Shown: positions 25,253-38,444, counted from the whole stretch's first letter. The stretch is 63,809 nucleotides of DNA, filler included, from Octopus bimaculoides (GCF_001194135.2; 6 parts of 6 records of this genome joined end to end with filler, not necessarily neighbours in it); one strand, 5' to 3'. The notes: generated from the sequence alone by a model not told the origin. A program made the numbers and translations.

Positions 25253-25844
25253 GGCGACCCACTATTTATGACACCAGTTTATGGCGACCCACTATTTATG
25301 ACACCAGTTTATGGCGACCCACTATTTATGACACCAGTTTATGGCGACCTACTTAACTCTACTGGGTAAAAACATTAATGAAAGAAACAAATTTATTTCA
25401 GATTACATTTTCAGTGAGGCTTGTGAGGCCTCATTTATATTAAATGTGAAACAAAACGTTTTATAAGTGTTTCAACGTCTCCATACCCTATGGGCAGGTA
25501 TTAACTCTAATACAAAACCTCGAAGCAGTAACTGTTATCGGCTCGATCAATGTTGTACTGCGCCTAGTTAAAGTTCTCTATAAATAGGTAAAAACAGACT
25601 TTTCCTTTTTACGATTACGTACGAAATAACTTGAGAAAATGACCACCTCTGATTAGTTAAGTTCGTGAAAAAAGCCTACTGCTTGATAAAACAACCAGTC
25701 TTGTATTGAAAACATGAGTCGTGAACTATCTCGATAGACAGCAGTTAATCAAAGTTAATGCGTAATTTTATAACTTTTTGCGACCCACTAGGATTCCGTT
25801 CGCGACCCATCAGTGGGTCGTGACTCATAGTTTGGAAACGACTG
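25253..25844. mobile_element. hAT-type non-autonomous element (right part) with a 30-bp tandem repeat
   Basis: GGCGACCCACTATTTATGACACCAGTTTAT x3 at 25253-25342. Terminus GGGTCGTGACTCATAGTTTGGAAACGACTG resembles hAT CAGTGGTTCCCAAA ends. Confidence 0.55.
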
Positions 25845-27086
25845 CTCTAGAATCATAACAATCAACCAATATATATTTCCGAGATAAATACGCTGTAGCT
25901 CTAGATCATTTCACCACACACTACTAGTAGGAATCGTGAAATGGTAGTTTCATCATCATGATATTTCATTGCAAGTTAATTACACCGAGAGACAATACAT
26001 CGGCTGGAAGTTCATCATCATACTTTTTATACGTAGAGTAAATACATCTCTAATCAATATTAAAAAATATTTATTCGTAGATTCGTTGTATATTAATAAC
26101 TGTGGAAATGAAATTCAATGACAAGAAAAGAAAATCATTAATGTTGAATTTGCTCAATAAAAATATACATGAAAAAAACCCAGCAAAGTAACTTTTCTAA
26201 AAATAAACCCAGAAAATAATACAGTTAAAAAAAACACCATTGCAAATGAAAGGAAGAAAGAAATATTCTAAAAAAAGACAATGAGCAAAGACACTTTAAT
26301 AATCCAGTATTACGCGATTTTAATATTCATTGACAATACGTTGAATTCTCACTACATATTTCTTTGTGCAACGTAGATTATCTGCACCTACAATATTTTT
26401 GCATTTTTTGGTTCCTCTTTCAAAACTTTTCAAAAAATTTCTAGATAGAATTGTTTTTCTTTAAATTTCTGTTTGTTTTTAATAAAATGCCTGTAAATAA
26501 CCTCAAATAAGGGCGAGTAAATAACTTTAAATAATATTTAATGATGTAGTTACTCGCTGTCTAAAAGATATGACGACGTTATCTTAGAGAACGCAGGCGA
26601 TATTATTCATGTATTGTAATTACACTGCAGTGAATTTATTGACGATGTATTAACACGTAAAGTGAATCACCTTGCGCTGATATTACGCAGCAATGAAATT
26701 ACAGACGATTATTTAACGTGAGTTAATTATCTGCAATTAATTCATTGATGATGTTTATGTACGCCATCAAAATTGCCTTGCGATGATATTCCTCAACGAT
26801 GAAATTACAGCAGGTTTAGTAGCATTACTGGTTGGGAAATACAGAGCAAATATAGGAAAAATTACGATAAACAAAAGTTAGTTTACATTATTTGTTCCAA
26901 CGTACGTTTCACTATTGTTCATAGGTGCAGGCGTAGCTATAGGAGCAGCCGTGGTTGTGTGGAAGGAGTTTACGTCCCACTCTCATAGTTCTGGGTTCAC
27001 TTCTTGGGCGAGTGTCTTCTGTTATAGACCCAGGTCAACCAAAGCCTTCTTAGGGATTTGGTCTGAAGGAGGCCTGTTGTATATAT

Positions 27087-27186
27087 NNNNNNNNNNNNNN
27101 NNNNNNNNNNNNNNNNNNNNNNNNNNNNNNTTAATTAATTAANNNNNNNNNNNNNNNNNNNNNNNNNNNNNNNNNNNNNNNNNNNN
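27087..27186. other. Artificial scaffold linker
   Basis: N44-TTAATTAATTAA-N44. Confidence 0.95.
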
Positions 27187-27221
<35 letters not shown>

Positions 27222-28719
27222 GCACAATTTGGATTATTTGAAATATGTTTGTCACATATTTCAACAGCTAAAAGCAAACACACTGCAGTCACTGCGGAGA
27301 AAAAGATCCCACTTATGGTAAAAGGTGTGAAAACACCTATTTCGTTCAGTGTTGCCATCTGTTAGTAATCGCAGACATCGATGTTTCGAGTTTTTTTACT
27401 CTTGTCAATGAGATGTACCTAAGAGTGGCAACTCTGAACGAACTAAATAAAGCTTGTAGCATTATATATAATTCAGTGAACACGCTGGCTGATTTGCGCT
27501 AGTAGATGGCCTTAGGAGATATAATAGCACTGAACAAAGATATGCACATTGGAATCGAACCCCAAACTACAAGAATGTAAAAGCGAGCTTTTTAACTAAC
27601 AGTGCCTGCGAGCCACTTCGCTATACCTGTGATTGGATATAAAGATGAAAAACTCTTCGGAGCAAGTTACGAAATTCATTAAAAGTGCTTTGAAAAAGTG
27701 TTTCACAAATTCTTGCTATCTTTCTTGACACTTGTCAGTCTTTCTCTAAAGTAAATATTTATCGCAGGCATTTAATACCAAAGTTGCTGACATTGTCGTA
27801 AACTGGTTGTTTTGCTCTCATAATTGTAAAGAAATAACTCTTTTGTGAAAGGTATCATTTGTATTATATAATTCTATTATGCTATCTAAACAATAATCTG
27901 GATTTCCAATTGTACTTTTAGCATTTATGTCTTCCATTATTCGTATTAACTTTAAATCTTTACTTGCATTTTTCTTTGTAATTTTGACTTGTACATCCCT
28001 CCTTCACATCCGCCCCATACACCTCCTTGTCCTTCTTCTTCTCCTAATTCTCCTTCTCCTTCTTCTAATTCTTCTTATTCTTATTCTTCTTCCCCTTCAT
28101 ATTATTGTTGTTGCTGTTGTTGTTGATATTATTATTATCATTAGTAGTAGTAGCATTCATGTTGTACATACTCCTTCTACTTCTTCTCCACCTTCCTTTT
28201 CTCCTCCTCCACTCCACATTTTCTTCGTCATCTTGTCGTCCTGCTCCAGCCCCAATTCCTCCTCCTCGTTCCTTCTTGTTCTTCTCATCCTACCCATCGT
28301 CTTTTTTCTTCCAGCTCTCCTTCCCTTTCCGTTCCACTTCTTCCTATTTCTTTACATCTTCCTTTCCCTATACTTTACATAAACTTATAATCTATATGAA
28401 CCAATTTTCCACTTTATAACTATTTGAAATCGTACTTCCCTGGGGACTGAAATAATTCAAAAATAGAACATAGGTGACTTATTCATATAAAAGTACAGTA
28501 AGGGATCGTTGAATCAAATTTGAAAGTAATAAGGTGTAAATGGACTAGTATATGTGGGGGCGTATAAATTCGCTGAAAGCGAGACCCGTTAGTACAAAGG
28601 TTTAGAAACCTTGAATTTCGAAATGTACATTTCAAAAGCCGTTTATTTGTAAAGTCTATAACTGTAAAAGTGCAATGAGAAGAAATTAATGTAATACGAA
28701 TAAATAAATAAAAATAAAA

Positions 28720-28878
28720 CAGACGCGGTTGTGTGGCAAGAAGCTTGAACCCGGAACAAAATAGTTCCGGGTTCAGTTTCACTGCGTGACACATTGCTCA
28801 AGTGGCTTCTATTATAGCTTCGGGTCGACGAAAACCTTGTCAATGGATTAGGTAGACGGAAACTGAAAGAAGCTTGTC

Positions 28879-28974
<96 letters not shown>

Positions 28975-29150
28975 ACATCGTTTAACGATCGATGTTGGTG
29001 GGCCTGGCCAGCGTAAATTAGCGGTTCGGCAAAGGGGCAAATAGAATAAGTACCTGGCTTACAAAGAATATGCCGTGGTGTCGATTTCTTTGATTAAAAG
29101 GAGGTGCTCCAGCATGGCCGAAGTCAAATGACTGAAACAAGTAAAAAAAT
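28720..29150 (+). mobile_element. Full bipartite tRNA-derived SINE with internal (TA)n(TATG)n(TG)n
   Basis: Collinear with the other copies; microsatellite at about 28880-28970; CpGs retained. Confidence 0.85.
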
Positions 29151-29596
29151 AAAACCCACAATACATTGATGTAACAAGCTTCTTAACCACAAAGGCATAC
29201 GTGTATAGGGAAAAAATATTTTCTAGCTATAGTTGGTAACTGGTGACCAGACGTACAGTAGATTTACTATTTTATGTAATCGGGAAATATAATTTATTTG
29301 AGCTAGTTTTAGATATCCTCAGACAATATAGCTTAACATCACAGAAAATGAAACACGCAGTTAGAAAAACTAGAAAATGAAACACGCTGCTAAAAGCTAG
29401 AAACTGAAACACGCTGCTAATACAGAAGCGGGCGTCTTATCGGGATTACATAAATACGGATTTATGGAATCCCGATTAAATACTCGCTACTGTATTAGCT
29501 GCGTGCTTGATTTTCCATCATGCTAAGCCATATTGTCTGAGGATGTCGAAAACTATCTCGAAATATATTTGGCGATTAAATAACATAGTAAAACTA

Positions 29597-29706
29597 CAGT
29601 ATGACACTCATGGCTCCTGGAATGCCTGGAGATATATGGGATTGCTGAGAATGTTGTCCAGTTCCTCCAAAAGAGTATTCCAAAATGGAGAACTATACTA
29701 ACATCG
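29597..29706 (+). mobile_element. R4/Dong-clade LINE RT fragment
   Basis: Frameshifted YDT.H.SW / CLEIYGIAENVVQFLQKSIPKWRTILTS, like the KAYD.VPHSW..ECL..FG.......FL..SM..W.T segment of R4/Dong RT. Confidence 0.65.
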
Positions 29707-29767
29707 TGCCTCTACTACTACTACTACTAGTAGCAGTAGTAGTTGTAGTAATAATAATGATAATAAT

Positions 29768-30759
29768 TATTATTATTTTATTATTATTTCATTTATTTGC
29801 TCCCAGGGCGGATGATGAGAGTGACAATACAAAGACAGGCACAAGGTATGGGAGTTTTACATATAATGATGTAATAAAGTAATTAAAATGGTAACAAAAA
29901 AAAAGTATGTATACATGGGACATAATGACAAGGAAGGGATGTACACACACAAAAAAATAAAATTAATAAAGACAACGTGGTAATAGAGACGTAGCCCTCC
30001 TGATAGAGGACGACCGATAAAGGATAAACAAGAGCAAGTGTCCTCTCCAATTCCCTTTCTCCAACATCAAAGGTCTATACTTAGAGAGGTATCATACATT
30101 CTTGCCGTTTTTGCAATCTTCCCCCACTATTCAATAAAGTCACTCGAGGACAGCGCTTCACTTTTCATCCACCTTTTCAAACGAAATTTGAAGAAGTCAT
30201 TGAGAGCTCTACCAAAGAGGAATATATTTGCCCTCATGCCTTCCAGCCTCGCCCAACAGACAACCTCTTTCGCAAAAGCCACCAGGCAAAAGAAAACTGT
30301 CTTGCCTGCCCAATTTAAAGGAGGGTGGCGGGGCAATCATCACTATAGACTCGGCTGACAGATGGATCCGTCCTACACGTGACTGCATCTGTTCGACGTA
30401 ACCGCACAATTCAGCATTGCCCGGACACTGACCGAGTGCGTGTAGAATCGTTTCGTCACTCTACGTGCCCCACAGACAGGGTCGTCTGGCAGCATATCTG
30501 ATCTCTGCCTGTAGAGTTTATCTCAAACCGGTTACGTCCCCGGTAGCACTGCCAGGCCAAGGATATCTGGAAATTAACCATGATAGTTTCCGATCGGAAT
30601 TTCTCCGTAACGGTCTAGCCAGTTCGTTTTCATCGGCATGCTGCGTTTCCCCGAGAACGTCATCGCACTTCTCCGCTATTAATCCTCTATAAATTTCCAA
30701 AGCGTAACATGTACCGATGTCATTGTCCGACTGGTAGAGGGCTATGAGCGCCTGACGAC
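29768..30759 (-). mobile_element. L1/Tx1-clade LINE 3' portion, degraded
   Basis: Minus strand reads NFQISLAWQCYRG..RDKLYR, ..SDETILHALGQCP (CCHC knuckle) and ..FLFGRALNDFFKFRLKRW. AATAAA at 29792-29797 is followed by an (AAT)n tail. Confidence 0.7.
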
Positions 30760-30775
30760 ATAATAATAGTAATAA

Positions 30776-30811
<36 letters not shown>

Positions 30812-31775
30812 TGTTAGTTGTTGTAGTAATAGTAGTAGTAGCAACCGGCAACATCATCATAGACATCAGCACCATCAATATCGTCTTCATAACCATCAAC
30901 GAGGTCATCATCATTATCACCACCGCGGCCGCTGCCACCAAATTCACTGCCACCAACACCAACACCACCACCACTACCATCATAATTAACTTAATGATAA
31001 TAATGAAGATCACCATCATCATGATCATCACTATCGGTATATTTATTTACCATTGTGGCCGTAACATTCTTCCAGAAGTAAAACTAATTATAACAGAAAA
31101 CAATACAAACACAGGAATAATATCTTAAAAAAACAAAAACCGTTGCAGAATATTTTTAAATAATTTGAAGGCAACGAAATAAAAACAACAGCAACAACAG
31201 CAAAAAACAAGAGCAGAAGCATCAACGACAACAATAAAAACTACAGCAACAAAATGAAAATAAAAGAATAAACGAGAGAATCAGCGTTATCATTTCCAAC
31301 TCAATTCTTTATACAAATGCGGAATATATATTATACGGTATGTGTATATATTTGCGTCTGTGTTTGTATCTGTGTTTGTTAGTATATGTGTGTGCATCTT
31401 CGTCTATGTGATTGTGTGGTTTGTGTATATGCTTATGTGTGTGTGTTTGCGTGTGAATGCTTGTGTGATTTCCTCATTTCAATTCTCATATAGACCTTTT
31501 TTTCGTTATTTCCATTCGAATTTGATATGTTTTGTTGCCTTCTTTCCAAAGAACGTTATTATTATTATTGTTATTATTATCATCATTATTATTATTATTA
31601 GTTTTTCATAGCACAAAGAACGTCAAATATATTTGTCTTTCATTATTTTATATGTGAGATGCACGCAAAAGGAAATCGAAGGTAAATCTAGTTTTTTTGC
31701 TAAATGGCGAATAATAATAATAATAATAGAAGTAGTAATTATTGTTGTTGCTGTTGTTGAAGTTGTAAGAGTTGC

Positions 31776-31812
<37 letters not shown>

Positions 31813-32595
31813 CTTACAATAGAATTCGTATTATTATATGTATGTTTTGTTATTTTTAACAAAATTCCTTACCTTATTAGAATTTCGTTTTTTCTTTTTG
31901 TAAATATCTTTTATATTCTCTTTATGTAACTTTTTCCCTCGTAATATTATTGAGGTTCAACAAGTTTCTGTTACAGGTAGGAAGCATAAATACATATGAA
32001 TAAAGAAATGATTTAATTAAAAGCAAGAAATGAATTTTCTATTCCTATCTAGCACAGCTGCAGCTTTGTAGCTTAGTAAATAGGGTGAAACCAAGTTTGT
32101 TTCTTTCTTTGCTTCACCTCCTATAGATTCAAAGCTAGTAACGATTTCTTTGTCACATCTAATGAAATACGATTGTAATTCAGTTTTGTTCACTATAACA
32201 GAAATACTGTGAAGTTTCTTAGAATTCCACGTTGAGGTTTGTTGATTTTGTTTTTTAGCATCTTACTTAGTTAACAGACCCCAAACCACCTCTGTCTCTA
32301 ACAACAACAACACCAAACCACGAAGAAGATATGTATAGCCATCTTTGCACTGGTATTCTTCGTGGCATGCGTCTTGTAGTTACTTTTGTTTATTGTCTTA
32401 TGTATATTCTTCTTCTTCAGTAATAATGATAATATTAACGATGATGATGGTGATGGGTATGGGTATGAAGTGGATGAAGATAATAATGCTTTCTTATATT
32501 TAACGCCTCCACCACCAACAACAGCATTGATAATAATAATGATAATAATAATAAAAAGTATATTATCGGTAGCTAGAAAGAAAAACAGAACAAGC

Positions 32596-33405
32596 TAACG
32601 GAAAGAAATGGAATTACGAGGCCAATACATGCACCAAATCGAAGATGTTAGAAGTAAAGAACACTGGTTCTTGTGGAGAGAGGGAAAACTGAAACGAAAG
32701 CCTAAAGCGCTAAATATAGCCATTGATGAACAAGCTATAAGAACAAATCTGATGAAGGCAAAGATCAACAAACCTCAGTCAGACACCAAATGGAGAACTT
32801 GCAGAAAAGGAGACGAAAGTAGCAATGATTTCTTGAGTGAGTGCAGTGGACGAGCGTGAAATGCGTATAAGGCAAGAATGATTGTAAGGAGTGCATTTGG
32901 ATGTTATCCGAGTGTATCGCTGGTTTCAGTATAACGGGAATGCGCTACGAACACGAACCAGATGATGTGGTGGAAAATACGTATTATGGGATCTTATAGG
33001 GCTCTTCTACAATGACTGACCATACTAGTTAAGCAAGAAACCAGATATGATTATGGGGGACAAAATAAGCAAAATGTGTAAAATCATAGATTTTGAAATT
33101 CTCTGATAGCACAGTCGATAGCAAAGAAATTAAAAAAACAAAACAGAAATATCAGGATATTGATATAATCTAAAGAGCTGAAGAGACTACAGAAAACTAA
33201 GACAAAGAATTATTTCTGTGCTAGTCGGTCACTTGGCACAACACCTAAAATGTTAAAAGACTGAAAGAGGTTGGAAATGAAACTAACATTGTCGACCAGC
33301 AAAACAATGACCATTGTATATTGTGCAAGAATCCTAAGAAAGAATCTTCATATTTCATCAGGCTTGTTTGTCCCTAAACATCAAGATAAATTCCCTACTA
33401 ATAAT
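32596..33405 (+). mobile_element. R4/Dong-clade LINE 3' portion (CCHC knuckle plus restriction-like endonuclease), degraded
   Basis: ELRGQY..W..W.EGKLK..KAL.IAI.EQAIRTN.MKAKI.K..SDTKW(C)RTC...ES...LSEC, then YEHEP..V.EN, KPDMI..DK..K.CKIIDF and KYQD motifs across frameshifts. Confidence 0.8.
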
Positions 33406-33935
33406 ATCAGCATGTACTAGCCTAATAGAAATGTACCGACAAGGATTTTGTCCAGATCGCAGGGGAAACCAATAATCTACAAATCAACTGCTCAGCTTCT
33501 CGGGAGGTTTTTCCCCCCGTATATTAGGACTAATGGTAATTTCTGAAAGCACATTTACATGCAGAGATACATAAGAATAATAACGGTATTTTAAAATGCA
33601 CCTTTTGCTAAAACATACATACCAGAGTCTATCAAAAGTCAACCAACACGTTGGAATGTAGCTCCTTTCTAATAGATTCTCTCCCCCGATGAAATACCCA
33701 ATTTACGATTTTCAAAATGAAAATTTAAATTAATTTAATATAATTCCTGAAATTGAATTAATTGGGTATGGAAGTAGCTGCAGGTGTAAAGATGTTATAC
33801 TGAATGGAATTTCTTCAAATAAATCTATGTCTATATATATATATATACTAGGTCTTAGTAGACACAACCTGTGGTCTATTTCTAGCACATTGAATGTCCA
33901 CTTTACTGGTCAACATTATATATATAAATAAATAA

Positions 33936-34004
<69 letters not shown>

Positions 34005-34061
34005 GTTATTAATATTTCTAAGTCTCTCTAAAGGAGACTACAGCAGCGGTACTGGATATTA

Positions 34062-34243
34062 ATAATTATCGCCAAGCCAACATGGCAGTCACAAATATAG
34101 GACGAATGCTACCGTGGATTAGCTCCAAGAGGCCATCGCCTCTAGTGTCACATAGCTAGCTAGAGGCGATGGCCTCTTGGAGCTAATCCACGGTAGCATT
34201 CGTCCTATATTTGGGACTGCCATGTTGGCTTGGTGATAATTAT
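34062..34243. repeat. Near-perfect 84-bp-arm palindrome
   Basis: 34062-34145 versus 34160-34243 as reverse complement: 2 mismatches, 14-nt loop. Confidence 0.95.
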
Positions 34244-34854
34244 ATATATATATATTGGAAGGCTTGGAGGTGATGTACAGGAATTATATATTAGTAGTTC
34301 GTAGTTTCGATTCTTGGACCGAGCGATGCGTTGTAGTTTTGAGCAAATCACATCATTTCACGTTGCTCGAGTCAAATGTATCGGTAAATATAAATAATCT
34401 TGCGACAGATTCACGTCTCGTTCATAGTGGTAGCGGTGGTAATCGTGGGGTAATATATACGCCTTCGAGTCTGGGAAATCGGTTAAATAATCTTATTGAT
34501 CGGCAAGAAAATTTGTTTCTTTTTCTGTTGTGTATGTATATATGTCTGGCTATGCATTACCTCCGGTAGCTACTACACAATTAAATTTGAGTCCTTGTTT
34601 GAGGTATAGGTGGTCCTGCAATAAGATGTCGAACCGGTAACCCAAATGTTGTGAAACATACTTCTTATCATCCAAGCCCTGCATACACTTTTATATACAG
34701 TCATATATTTCTTAGTTATAATCGCTAACATTCATTCATACACACATACGCTAAAGTGTATCTATCTCTGTATCATATTATTTCTATCTCACTATCCATC
34801 CATCTATCTATTTATGAATATATATATATGTGTCCCCCTCTCTCTATCGATATA

Positions 34855-34907
<53 letters not shown>

Positions 34908-35789
34908 TATATGTGTATGTCTGTGTCTTTATGTATGCATGTACGTATATGTATGCATGTATACGTATATATGTGTATATATATATATGTGTGAATATAA
35001 TTATATACATTATGTATACATATATTTATACATTAATATCTATATATGAAAAGCAGAAATGTAGGTATTACTGTAATTATGTTAGAAAACCGCTTTACCA
35101 CCAGTATAATGAGATATATCTATTTTATATACGTTCCCATGTGGTTTCTCATCTTGTCAAAGCAACACATTACAGAAGTTATGTTTGGAGTCCCTGAAGA
35201 AAACAAAAGCAACGTGGGCAGCAAGAACAAGAACATCTACTGCTACAACGATTATGATTATGAAATTTGTCAAAAATGAACTGAAGAAGATGAACTTATT
35301 GTTGCAGCTGTTAAAGATGGTGTTGTCGATGGCGATATTACGGATAACGATTATTATTAGCAATTATAATAAAATAGATGTCTTTCTTAGATCTTAATCA
35401 TCAAGTAATAATGTCAATAGTAAGAGCGACACGGATGTTAACAAGAAAAACAAGTAGCACCTCAAACAACAAAACACAGTACTTGACTGATACTTAATTT
35501 GCGAACACGAAAGAATGAAAGGCAAAGTTCACCTTAGTGGAATTTGAACTCAGGGCGTAAAGACATTCAAAATGCCGCTAAGCATTTTGCTCGGTGTGTT
35601 AACGATTCTTCTTGCGCGCCGCCATAATAATATTAATAACAATAATTCTTTTCTGCTATCGACACGTGGCTTGAAATTTCACTGGTACTTAATATATCGA
35701 CTCCTGCAGGATGAACGGCAAAGTCGACTTCGGCTACTCAGAACGTAGCGACAGACGAAATACCGCTGAGCCGTTCATCTCGGCTGCCC

Positions 35790-35825
<36 letters not shown>

Positions 35826-36045
35826 TAATTTCTACTAAAGGCACTAAACCAGGTATTTTGGCCGGGGCGGGAGACAAATCGATTACATCGACCCCCAGTG
35901 CTCGACTTACTTTATCAACCACGAATGGATGAAAGGGGAAGTCGACTTCAGCGGAATTTGAACTCAGAACGCTGTCAGTACTTTGCATGGCATGCTAACG
36001 ATTCGGCCAGCGCGCCGCTTTAAAAATAACAACAATAACAACATC

Positions 36046-36340
36046 ATTATTTACATTTGACGGATATTTGTAAATAATGCATATGGCGAAGTAGTTAAGA
36101 GCGCGAGTTCGATTCACGGCAGCGACCTGATTAATAATAGTAATAATAATAATAATAATAATATAATAATAATAACATCGTTAGGAGTGAGAACCCAGAT
36201 TCGAAATTTCCCCAAGATACCTGACGAAGGCTGGAGGGTATATCAGCCGAAACGTTGTGTTAACAACAAAAAAGATGAGGACAAATATCCGTCAAATGTA
36301 AATAATGTAAATAATTCCTCATCTCTTAAATATAGAATAA
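36046..36340 (+). mobile_element. Short retro-type element: inverted tail copy, tRNA-like head, (TAA)n, hammerhead, tail
   Basis: 36046-36071 is the exact reverse complement of 36281-36306. A-box-like 36084-36094, B-box-like 36105-36115, hammerhead 36216-36261. Confidence 0.65.
36216..36261 (+). ncRNA. Minimal type-I hammerhead ribozyme motif, core intact
   Basis: GATAC-CTGACGA-A-GGCTG(10 nt)CAGCC-GAAAC-GTT-GTGTT. 5-bp stem II, AACGTT palindromic stem III, and stem I of 5 bp with two GU pairs. Confidence 0.7.
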
Positions 36341-36600
36341 CAACATCAATACTAATAATAATGCGGACATGATAGGAAGAGTGAAATATGGGGTGATAAC
36401 ACATGTTTTTGCCGTTTTCTGATTCTAGGTGCAATGCCATTATTCGCACCGTATCTCTAGGAAATATAGGGATTTTCCTCCTCTACGTTATTAAATCTAA
36501 TGGCGGTATCTGGAGAATTACGATAATAGAAACACACCCCTCCCTTGCACACACATGTTCACATATACATATATATGTGTGTGTGCTTGTATGTATACTC

Positions 36601-36776
36601 ATGCAAACAATTAGAAAATGGAGAAAAACATAGATTAACCTGCGCATCGATAGGATTACATTTTAAAGCATATTTATTGATAAAACGCAAGACAATACAA
36701 AATATGTTTTAAAATGTAGTCCTATCGATGCGCTGGTTAATCTAGGTTTTTCTCTCCATTTTCTAATTATTTGCAT
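36601..36776. mobile_element. Palindromic MITE-like element, ~75-bp arms
   Basis: 36601-36675 versus 36700-36776 as reverse complement, with a few mismatches and a 2-bp indel. Confidence 0.8.
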
Positions 36777-38062
36777 TGGTTCCTGGTAAACTTTTGTTTA
36801 TCTGGTTGTTAGCTACGTTCAACGTATATTGCCCGGAGTTAACACAGTTAACGGATACTGATAGTTTATGTCGATATTTTATCCCTGAGTCGGTTACTAT
36901 ACCCGCTAAATCTATTTATTTATAAATACTTTACATATTCAATTAGGCGAGGAGTTGCAACGGCTGCAGCAGCGGAACACACTCACACAAACAAATAATC
37001 TCTGCCTTATGTTATTTAATTTAAGGTAACTAAAAGCAGATAGAAATATCGGTGCGTGGTTTTGTAAGGTATGTATTCAAAACATTGATTGTGATGTGAA
37101 GAAAGAAAAGATACACAAACACACGCACACTTATGTATAGATATATATATATATATATATATACTTTTCTATTCTCGGCACAAGGCCCGAAAGTTTGAGG
37201 GAGAGAGCCAGTCAATTACATCGACCCCAATACGCAACGGGTACTTAATTTATCGACCTCCAAAGGATGAAAGGCAAAGTCGACCTCGGCGGTATTTGAA
37301 CTACAAACGTAAAGAAACACAAAATACCGCTAATTCGCTCGGTGTGCTAACATTTCCGCCAGCTCGTCGCTTTCAAAGAATATTCTTTTCTACTTTAGGC
37401 ACAAGGCACGAAATTTTTGGGGAAGGAGCTAGTGGATTAGACCAATCCCAGTACGTAATTGGTGCNNNNNNNNNNNNNNNNNNNNNNNNNNNNNNNNNNN
37501 NNNNNNNNNNNNNNNNNNNNNNNNNNNNNNNNNNNNNNNNNNNNNNNNNNNNNNNNNNNNNNNNNNNNNNNNNNNNNNNNNNNNNNNNNNNNNNNNNNNN
37601 NNNNNNNNNNNNNNNNNNNNNNNNNNNNNNNNNNNNNNNNNNNNNNNNNNNNNNNNNNNNNNNNNNNNNNNNNNNNNNNNNNNNNNNNNNNNNNNNNNNN
37701 NNNNNNNNNNNNNNNNNNNNNNNNNNNNNNNNNNNNNNNNNNNNNNNNNNNNNNNNNNNNNNNNNNNNNNNNNNNNNNNNNNNNNNNNNNNNNNNNNNNN
37801 NNNNNNNNNNNNNNNNNNNNNNNNNNNNNNNNNNNNNNNNNNNNNNNNNNNNNNNNNNNNNNNNNNNNNNNNNNNNNNNNNNNNNNNNNNNNNNNNNNNN
37901 NNNNNNNNNNNNNNNNNNNNNNNNNNNNNNNNNNNNNNNNNNNNNNNNNNNNNNNNNNNNNNNNNNNNNNNNTATATATATGCATCTAGATCGACAGATA
38001 GATAGATGAATTGATAGAGAGACAGATTAGCTGATATAACGGACGCTTAGTTCGACATGTTG

Positions 38063-38444
38063 TTGTTGGCACTCCGTCGCTTACGACGTCGAGGGTTCCA
38101 GTTGATCCGATCAACGGAACAGGCTGCTCGTGAAATTGACGTACAAGTGGTCGAGCACTCCACAGACACCTGTACCCTTAACGCAGTTCTCGGGGATATT
38201 CAGAGTGACACAGTGTGACAAGGCTGACCATTTGAATTACAGGCAGAACAGAAACAGGAAGTAAGAGTGACAGAAAGTTGTGGTAGAAGAGTACAGCAGG
38301 GTTCGCCACCATGCCCTGCCGCAGCCTCGTGGAACTTTAGGTGTTTTTCGCTCAATAAACACTCACAACGCCCGGTCTGGAAATCGAAACCGTGATCCTA
38401 TGACCGCGAGTCCGCTGCCCTAACCACTAGGCCATTGCGCCTCC
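38063..38444 (-). mobile_element. Full-length tRNA-derived SINE with (CAA)n tail and TSD
   Basis: Head GGAGGCGCAATGGCCTAGTGGTTAGGGCAGCGG...GGTTTCGATT. TSD TCGACATGTTG (38052-38062) / TCGACCTGTTG (38445-38455). Confidence 0.9.

Noticed and set aside
25253-25349. CRISPR-like array (also the 23-bp direct repeat at 59995-60055)
   Set aside because: The 30-bp units are head-to-tail with no spacers, the other case has only two copies, and the context is eukaryotic with no cas genes.
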